From Clostridia bacterium (GTDB lineage: Bacteria > Bacillota > Clostridia > RUG12999), in the NCBI GenBank assembly GCA_017396395.1, contig JAFQMF010000014.1, positions 1,884 to 65,883 of the forward strand: DNA of 64,000 nucleotides, given 5' to 3'. The position numbers and the translations under genes were made by a program. Position 1 is the stretch's first letter, and each line of letters begins with the position of its first letter. Of this stretch, positions 57,647 to 64,000 are shown one piece after another. The notes below the pieces were generated by a model, which was given only the letters and a program-made list of their open reading frames with translations, was not told where the DNA came from and ran no database searches.

Positions 57647-58474
57647 ATGAGACATGTGCTTGGTATATATATTGAGGGCAGACTCTGGCAGACTGTAGTC
57701 TTGGATGATTTTCCAGGTTTTAATACAGGGGAGCCTGTAACTATAGGCAGAAGAGAAACCTGTGATATATGCATAAAAAAGAATACTGTATCAAGACAGC
57801 ATGCACAAGTGAAAAAAGTGGGACCTTATGTTGAAATTGTAGATAGCGGAAGCCTTAACAAGCTAAATTATAAGGGTAAAATATACGAAAAAATCCGTCT
57901 TGAAAATGGTATGAAAATTGCTATAGGTGGAAGTATTTCTGACCCTGAAACTGTTGTTATTATGTATATCCAGTCAGGTGCAGAAAAAAAGAAGGAACAA
58001 AAAAACGATTTTATTGAAAATGCTAAAGAGGGTATAGAAAAAATAAAAAATAAAATTGACCCTGTAAATATAGAAAAAGCTTCACCTTCTAAAAAGAGCA
58101 AAGGAAAAAGAAGGCTTCTTGCCTTTATGATAGACTTTGCAATCAGCGTATTTATGTGCATTGGTCTTTGCGGAATTATAGTGATACCTTTTGGCATAGG
58201 GGGAATAATAAAATACATACTTGTGCTGTGCGTTATGGCAGTTTTCTGGCTTTATTATGCACTTGGAGAATCGGGAGAAAACTGCAGTACAACAGGGAAA
58301 ACCATAATGCAGCTTAAAGTGGTGAACGTTAATGGAGAAAGACTCAGCTTTTTAAAAGCTTCTGTTCGTTTTGCTTCCAAGCTTCTTTCGGTTTTCACAT
58401 TGTTTTTGCCGGTGTTTGGAAAATTCAGATGTTTGCATGATGTTATAGCAGGCACTAAGGTGATAAACAGATAG
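57647..58474 (+). CDS. FHA domain plus RDD-family membrane protein
   Basis: FHA motifs IGR...CDI....VSRQHA and D.GSLN; RDD motifs RRLLAFMID, TTGK....LKVV and LHD.IAGT.V. Confidence 0.85.
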   Translation: MRHVLGIYIEGRLWQTVVLDDFPGFNTGEPVTIGRRETCDICIKKNTVSRQHAQVKKVGPYVEIVDSGSLNKLNYKGKIYEKIRLENGMKIAIGGSISDPETVVIMYIQSGAEKKKEQKNDFIENAKEGIEKIKNKIDPVNIEKASPSKKSKGKRRLLAFMIDFAISVFMCIGLCGIIVIPFGIGGIIKYILVLCVMAVFWLYYALGESGENCSTTGKTIMQLKVVNVNGERLSFLKASVRFASKLLSVFTLFLPVFGKFRCLHDVIAGTKVINR

Positions 58475-58495
58475 AAAACAAAATAGGTATTTAAT

Positions 58496-58536
58496 AAAAA
58501 AATGGCATTTGCAAATATTTGTAAATGCCATTTTTT
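58496..58536. terminator. Bidirectional terminator
   Basis: AAAAAATGGCATTTGCAAAT/ATTTGTAAATGCCATTTTTT. Confidence 0.8.
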
Positions 58537-58582
58537 GTTGCTTTGTGACTTAGCAAATTATTAAATTAAAAATAAATCTTAT

Positions 58583-59086
58583 TTATTTTTTGTAAACACC
58601 TGTAATCTCTGCCACATACATTCTGTGATAATCCTTCTGGGTATAATTTTTCAGTAATTCTTCATCAATAAAACCGCTTTGTTGTATATCTCCAAAGTAA
58701 AGCTTTTTACAGGTAAGTGAAAGAAATCCTTCTTCGATAAAAGCCGTTTCGTTTTCTATATGAAGATTAAAACCGCATTCTTTTATTTTGTCTTTATCCC
58801 TGCCTGAAACTTTTCCACAAAAACCAAGTTTTTCACGAAAGCTTTCTTCAAGAAAAGAGAGAGAAAAGTTTTGGCAGTTTTCCATTAATTCATAGGTGTA
58901 ACGCTGTGGGCGAATGAAAACAAAAACCACATTTTTACCCCATAAAACTCCTGTTCCTCCCCAGCTTGCAGTCATAGTATTATAACTGCCATCAGGTTTT
59001 TGAGTAGTAACAAGCATCCATGTCTTTCCAATTAAATCAAAACTGTTTTCAAGTATTTTATCAGGTGTTATTTTTTTAAATTCCAT
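58583..59086 (-). CDS. Flavin reductase-like protein
   Basis: W.LVT, NTMTASWGG.G.LW, IRPQRYT and SGRD.DK motifs. Confidence 0.85.
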   Translation of the reverse strand: MEFKKITPDKILENSFDLIGKTWMLVTTQKPDGSYNTMTASWGGTGVLWGKNVVFVFIRPQRYTYELMENCQNFSLSFLEESFREKLGFCGKVSGRDKDKIKECGFNLHIENETAFIEEGFLSLTCKKLYFGDIQQSGFIDEELLKNYTQKDYHRMYVAEITGVYKK

Positions 59087-59238
59087 TACATTTATCTCCC
59101 TTGCTTTTTTAAGTTATTGTACCATACTTATGTTAAAACATAAATATGCAAAATATACAAAAATATACCATGGATATATGGCATTTTGCCTTATATAAAA
59201 TATTACTGAAAAGACTGTGATAAAATTGGAAGAAAAAT

Positions 59239-59267
59239 TTGACATATTTATTTTTTTGGTGTATAAT
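59239..59267 (+). promoter_or_regulatory. sigma-A promoter
   Basis: TTGACA-17 bp-TATAAT. Confidence 0.75.
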
Positions 59268-59329
59268 GTTTTTAGTATGCAATACTAAATCACTCAGTTT
59301 ATTAAACTTGAAAGGGAAGGAATGTAAAA

Positions 59330-61030
59330 ATGAATAAATACGGAATTTATAAATATCCCCTTTACAAAACAAGGGAAATAACAGATATTCGTGATATGAT
59401 AAGGTCAAGTACCGAAATATTTGGAGATAAGCCTGCTTTTCTTGTAAAAAAGACAGATAAGTATGAGCCTGTCAGCTACAAGGAATATATGGCAGATGTA
59501 AATGCTCTTGGAACAAAGCTTATGAATATGGGCTTAAAGGGTGAAAAAATTGCTGTAATAGGCGAAGCTTCTTATGCGTGGGCAGTAAGCTATATGGCTG
59601 TAGTATGCGGTGTAGGTGTTGTAGTTCCTCTTGATAAAGAGCTTCCAAGGGAAGAAATTATAAACCTTATTGAAATTGCAGACGTTAAAATGATTATTCA
59701 TTCCGAAAAGGTTAAAAACCTAGAAGGCATTTATGATGACAAAAAAGTTTCTATGGGTATGGAGCTGGATGAGCTGATTGAAGAAGGTAAGGTTCTTCTT
59801 GCAAATGGTGACAGAACATATTTGGATGCTGAAATTGACAGAGAGGGTATGTCTATTCTTCTTTTCACTTCAGGTACAACAGGTATGGCAAAGGGCGTTA
59901 TGCACAGCCATAATACAATTTGCGAAAACCTTATGCAGATGCCAAGACTTGTAGAAATCGGTCCTTGGGATACATTTCTTTCAGTGCTTCCTATACACCA
60001 TACATATGAATGTACCTGTGGTTTTCTTTGTCCATTATATATGGGAGGTACCATTGCACACAGCGAGGGACTCAGATATATTACCAAAAACTTAAAAGAG
60101 GTTAAACCTACCATTATTCTGGGTGTACCTCTATTGTACGAAAAAATGTACAATAATATTTTTAAGGCTATTGAGAAAAAAGGTCTTACTAAAAAGGTTA
60201 ATGGAATTATAAAAGCAAGCAACGCTCTTAGAAAAGTGGGTGTTAACCTTACAGGGGTTTTGTTTAAGTCGATTACCGATAATTTAGGCGGAAGACTTCG
60301 CATTTTAGTAAGTGGTGCTGCTGCAATTGACCCTAAGGTAGCACAGGGCTTTAAAGATCTTGGTATAAATTTTGTGCAGGGGTACGGACTTACAGAGTGT
60401 GCTCCTATAGCGGCTCTTAACAGAGATAAGTATTCGAAAAATGATGCTGCAGGACTTCCTCTTTACGGGGTGGAAATTCGCATTGAAAATCCTAACGAAT
60501 TAAATATTGGCGAAATTATGATTAAGGGAAAAAACCTTATGCTGGGTTATTATGAAAATTCACAGCTTACAGCTGAGGCAATTGAGGACGGCTGGTATCA
60601 CAGCGGTGACCTTGGATATATTGATGAAGACGGATTTATTCATATTACAGGCAGAAAAAAGGATGTTATCGTTACAAGTAACGGAAAGAATATTTTCCCT
60701 GAAGAACTGGAAACATACCTTTCCAGAAGCCCCTATATTGCCGAAAGCTTTGTAAGAGGCAAAGAAAAGGGCAACGACCTTACTGTAGCAGCACAGATTA
60801 TTCCTGATTATGATGAAGTAAAAGCACAGCTTGGTGAAGGTTATACACAGGAAATGCTTATTGACCTTATTAAAGAAGAAATTACAAAGGTAAACGAGGT
60901 TGTACAAGACTATAAGAGAATAGCAACTTTCAGTATAAGACAGCGTCCCTTTGATAAAACAACAACTCATAAAATCAAAAGATTCAGTGAGGAAAATCTT
61001 TCTGAAGAAGGAAATATTCAGAAAAAATAG
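59330..61030 (+). CDS. Long-chain acyl-CoA synthetase (AMP-binding)
   Basis: FTSGTTGMAKG, QGYGLTE, SGDLG and GRKKD..V..NGKNIFPEE motifs. Confidence 0.9.
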   Translation: MNKYGIYKYPLYKTREITDIRDMIRSSTEIFGDKPAFLVKKTDKYEPVSYKEYMADVNALGTKLMNMGLKGEKIAVIGEASYAWAVSYMAVVCGVGVVVPLDKELPREEIINLIEIADVKMIIHSEKVKNLEGIYDDKKVSMGMELDELIEEGKVLLANGDRTYLDAEIDREGMSILLFTSGTTGMAKGVMHSHNTICENLMQMPRLVEIGPWDTFLSVLPIHHTYECTCGFLCPLYMGGTIAHSEGLRYITKNLKEVKPTIILGVPLLYEKMYNNIFKAIEKKGLTKKVNGIIKASNALRKVGVNLTGVLFKSITDNLGGRLRILVSGAAAIDPKVAQGFKDLGINFVQGYGLTECAPIAALNRDKYSKNDAAGLPLYGVEIRIENPNELNIGEIMIKGKNLMLGYYENSQLTAEAIEDGWYHSGDLGYIDEDGFIHITGRKKDVIVTSNGKNIFPEELETYLSRSPYIAESFVRGKEKGNDLTVAAQIIPDYDEVKAQLGEGYTQEMLIDLIKEEITKVNEVVQDYKRIATFSIRQRPFDKTTTHKIKRFSEENLSEEGNIQKK

Positions 61031-61110
61031 AAAAATTTAAAAAAAGACTTGTATTTTATGTTTTTTTATGATATACTAATGGTAGATAGATTATACAAGT
61101 ATGATTTTAA

Positions 61111-61145
61111 AGGTGGGTTTTGCAAGAAACCCACTTTTGTTTTTG
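61111..61145 (+). promoter_or_regulatory. rimP leader hairpin (attenuator-like)
   Basis: GTGGGTTT-tgcaag-AAACCCAC followed by TTTTGTTTTT, between the promoter region and the rimP RBS. Confidence 0.65.
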
Positions 61146-61165
61146 TATTTGAGTGAGGTGAAAAA

Positions 61166-61624
61166 ATGGGGAAAATTGAAGAAAGCGTAAGACCTATAGC
61201 GATAAATGCCTGCACAGAGCTTGGGTACGAACTTTATGATGTGGAGTACAAAAAAGAAGGCCCTGACTGGTACTTAAGGGTTTTTATTGACAAAAAAGAA
61301 GGTATCGGCGTTGATGACTGTGAAAAATACAGCAGATTTATAAGTCCGATTCTTGATGAAAAAGACCCTATAGCAGAAAACTATATTTTAGAGGTTTCCT
61401 CTCCGGGAATGTTCAGAAAGCTGAATACAAAAGAGCATTTTGAAAGATATATGGGACAGGAAGTTGAAATTAAACTTAAAAGGTCTATAGAAGGAAAAAA
61501 GAAGTTTGGCGGAAAACTTGCCTCATATATTGACGGCAAGGTTATTATAAATACTCCCAACGGGGAAGTATCCGTGGAAAAAGAAGATTATATGTATGTA
61601 AAACTCAATCCTGAGTGTTTTTAA
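61166..61624 (+). CDS. rimP: Ribosome maturation factor RimP
   Basis: LRVFID, DDCE..SR, LD..DPI and Y.LEVSSPG motifs. Confidence 0.95.
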   Translation: MGKIEESVRPIAINACTELGYELYDVEYKKEGPDWYLRVFIDKKEGIGVDDCEKYSRFISPILDEKDPIAENYILEVSSPGMFRKLNTKEHFERYMGQEVEIKLKRSIEGKKKFGGKLASYIDGKVIINTPNGEVSVEKEDYMYVKLNPECF

Positions 61625-61647
61625 AAAAAGGAGGAGAAGAAAAGCAA

Positions 61648-62805
61648 ATGGCAAGCATTAACGAATTGCAGATGGCACTTGAACTTCTGGAAAAGGAAAA
61701 AGGTATCAATAAAGAGTATATGATTGAGGCATTTAAAGGTGCACTTATTCATGCTTATAAGAAAAATTATAAAGATGAGTGCGAAAACATTGATATTTCA
61801 ATCAGTGAAAAGGGAGTAGTAAAGGTTATAGCTTCCAAAATAGTTGTGGAGGATTTTAACGAAGAGCTTGGTGCCCTTGACAATCAAATTTTACTTACTG
61901 ACGCAAAACAGTATAAAGCTAGGGTTAAGGTGGGAGATACATTAAAAATTGAAATTGCTCCCAAAGATTTTGGCAGAATTGCCGCACAAACAGGTAAGCA
62001 GATTATTCTTCAGAAGCTGAGAGAAGCTGAAAGAGAAAAGATATTAGAGGAATTTGCTATTAAGTCAAATGACATTATTTCTGCTACTGTCAGAAGATTT
62101 GAAAAAGTAGAACCCAGAGTGATTGATGGTCAGGTTGTAAAGCAGGATAAACCTAAAATCAATGTTATTTTAGATATTGGCAATGCTGAAGCAACAATGA
62201 CTTCAAGAGAACAGGTTAAAGGTGAAAATTATACATTAAATGACAAGCTTAAGGTACTTGTTATGGATGTTAAAAATACTGCAAAGGGTCCGTATATACT
62301 TGTTTCAAGAGCACATGCAGACCTTGTTCGCCGTCTTTTTGAAAGAGAAGTTCCTGAAATTGGTGAAGGAATTGTGGAAATTAAGAGTATTTCAAGAGAA
62401 GCAGGTGTGAGAACTAAAATTGCAGTTTGGTCAAATGACCCTCAGGTTGATCCAGTTGGTGCCTGCGTGGGTAATCACGGTAGCCGTGTAAATGCGGTGG
62501 TAGAAGAGCTTTGGGGAGAAAAGGTGGATATTGTTAAATTCAGCGAAGATCCTACAGAACTTCTTACTGCTGCAATAAGTCCTGCTAAAGTGCTGGAGGT
62601 TATTATTTGCGATGAATGGGAAACAATAGGCAAGAAGGAAGCAACTGTTTTGGTGGATGAAGGACAGCTTTCACTTGCTATTGGCAAAGAAGGTCTTAAT
62701 GCAAGACTTGCAGCAAAGCTTACAGGCTGGAAAATTGATATTAAAAGCAGTGAGCAGTATATTGCCCAGATGAAGGAACAGGGTGCAGATATAATTACTG
62801 AATAA
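61648..62805 (+). CDS. nusA: Transcription termination factor NusA
   Basis: FGRIAAQT.KQ, EVPEI, REAG.RTKIAV, GACVG..G.R and LAIGKEG.N.RLA motifs; ATG 61648 after GGAGG. Confidence 0.96.
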   Translation: MASINELQMALELLEKEKGINKEYMIEAFKGALIHAYKKNYKDECENIDISISEKGVVKVIASKIVVEDFNEELGALDNQILLTDAKQYKARVKVGDTLKIEIAPKDFGRIAAQTGKQIILQKLREAEREKILEEFAIKSNDIISATVRRFEKVEPRVIDGQVVKQDKPKINVILDIGNAEATMTSREQVKGENYTLNDKLKVLVMDVKNTAKGPYILVSRAHADLVRRLFEREVPEIGEGIVEIKSISREAGVRTKIAVWSNDPQVDPVGACVGNHGSRVNAVVEELWGEKVDIVKFSEDPTELLTAAISPAKVLEVIICDEWETIGKKEATVLVDEGQLSLAIGKEGLNARLAAKLTGWKIDIKSSEQYIAQMKEQGADIITE

Positions 62806-62826
62806 AATATAAGCGGGGGATTTTAA

Positions 62827-63408
62827 TTGACTACAAAAGTGCCGCAGAGAAGATGTGTCGGCTGTATGGTTTCCAAAGACAAACCTCAGGTTTTGAGAGT
62901 TGTTAAAAATAAGGAGGGAGAAATCCTTTTTGATATAAAAGGGAAACTGGAAGGCAGAGGAGCGTATGTTTGCAAAAGTACAGAGTGCCTTGAAAAGGCA
63001 ATTAAAACAAATGCACTGAAAAGAGCACTTAAAAGTGAAATTCCACAGGAAATTATTACACTTTTAAGGGAAGAAATTTCTCGTAAAGATTTTATTGAGG
63101 CAAATGATGATAATTTACTTAAAATATGGGGATTGTTAGGACTTTGTGCAAAGGCAGGTAAACTTTCTTATGGTGACAGCGGAGTTTATGAAGCTGTTAC
63201 AAAAGGAAAGGCAGAACTTGTGATTTTAGCACAGGATTGCGGAAAAAATACAAGTGAAAAGTTTCAAATTTTGTGTAAAGAAAAAAATACAAAAATAATA
63301 ACACTATCCCAAAAGAAAGATATTGGCAAAGCGGTGGGCAAGGATGAAAAGGCTGTAATTTCAGTAAATGACACAGGCTTTGCAAAGTCGCTCCTTGAAA
63401 AGCTATAA
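62827..63408 (+). CDS. Fused YlxR (RnpM/DUF448) and YlxQ (L7Ae-like) protein
   Basis: N-terminal half PQRRCVGC...GRGAYVC...C; C-terminal half LLGLCAKAGKL..G, LVILAQD, IGKAVGK and D.GFA; one continuous frame. Confidence 0.85.
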   Translation: MTTKVPQRRCVGCMVSKDKPQVLRVVKNKEGEILFDIKGKLEGRGAYVCKSTECLEKAIKTNALKRALKSEIPQEIITLLREEISRKDFIEANDDNLLKIWGLLGLCAKAGKLSYGDSGVYEAVTKGKAELVILAQDCGKNTSEKFQILCKEKNTKIITLSQKKDIGKAVGKDEKAVISVNDTGFAKSLLEKL

Positions 63409-63443
63409 GGGAGCGTAAAAACAGCGTAAGGAGGAATTAGTTT

Positions 63444-64000
63444 ATGGCTAAACCGGTTGTTAAAATAAAAGTTAACGAACTTGGAAAAGATTTTGGCAAA
63501 ACAGGAAAGGATATGCTTGCTCTTTTAAAAGAGATGGGTATTGAGAAAAAAAGCAGTACCAGCGGACTTGAACCTGAAGAGCTTAATATGTTTTTTGAGC
63601 TTATTGTTCATATGAATGAAACAAGTGAGGATATCACTCCTATTCTTACTAAAGGAGAAGCTGCACAGGAAAAGCCTGAAAAGAAAGAAGAAACTAAAGC
63701 TGACAAGATAATTAATACAGAGGAAAAAACTGTTGAAGATAAGTCTTCAGATAAGGAAGAGAAAAAAGAACAGGAAGCACCTGTTTTAGAAGAAAAAGAG
63801 GAAAAGGAAAAAGATCAGGAGTACAGAAATACTCGTGCTGATGCTGTTGACCTTAAAAAGTTTGAGGATGAGGAAAAAATTCAGGAGCTTGTTTCTAATA
63901 TTAAAGACGATGATACTCAGTCCAGAAAACAAAAAATTAAAAAAGGTGCAAATAAAACTGCTAAAAATAATAAACAGGCTGAAATTAAGCCTGTAAAAAA
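63444..64000 (+). CDS. infB: Translation initiation factor IF-2, N-terminal part, truncated by the window edge
   Basis: RBS AAGGAGG and ATG 63444; MAKPVVKIKVNELGKDFGKTGKDMLALLKEMGIEKKSSTSGLE is IF2_N-like and is followed by a charged linker; canonical position after nusA-ylxRQ. Confidence 0.9.
   Translation, partial: MAKPVVKIKVNELGKDFGKTGKDMLALLKEMGIEKKSSTSGLEPEELNMFFELIVHMNETSEDITPILTKGEAAQEKPEKKEETKADKIINTEEKTVEDKSSDKEEKKEQEAPVLEEKEEKEKDQEYRNTRADAVDLKKFEDEEKIQELVSNIKDDDTQSRKQKIKKGANKTAKNNKQAEIKPVK

Noticed and set aside
59731-60303. 190-aa minus-strand ORF
   Set aside because: It lies entirely antisense within the acyl-CoA synthetase gene and is a typical codon-bias shadow.
63660-63830. 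Purine-rich low-complexity stretch as a DNA repeat
   Set aside because: Explained by the Glu/Lys-rich linker of the IF-2 N-terminal region.

Overview
AT-rich chromosomal segment from an anaerobic, probably spore-forming Clostridia-class Firmicute (spoIIID, rnfCDGEAB, ctsR, mecA, SLH and copper-amine-oxidase-N surface proteins). Most of the window is housekeeping: ung, alaS, uvrC, lon-engB, ecfA1A2T-truA, rpmE, ctsR-mcsA-clpC, argF, rimP-nusA-ylxR/ylxQ-infB and tRNA-Pro(GGG). The most notable part is 198-6402, a tightly coupled RiPP-like cassette. It begins with an unannotated 50-aa precursor-like peptide carrying a lasso-type FxxP...DVICTS leader, followed by a hairpin-rich spacer and a secreted stalk-domain protein. 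It continues with an HPr-kinase-like enzyme, a PqqD/RRE protein, a Ser/His S24/S26-type peptidase, two NTP_transf_5-type nucleotidyltransferases and an ABC exporter. No lasso cyclase or transglutaminase-type B2 peptidase is present in the window. Other observations are a nested GCGATAT/ATATCGC palindromic element in the leader of the TIGR03960-like radical SAM operon, a cloverleaf-like lon-engB spacer, a preQ1-I riboswitch upstream of queT, a ctsR operon lacking mcsB, a YlxR-YlxQ fusion and a perfect 50-bp palindrome at the spoIIID stop. All family calls come from recognising motifs by eye; no database searches were run.
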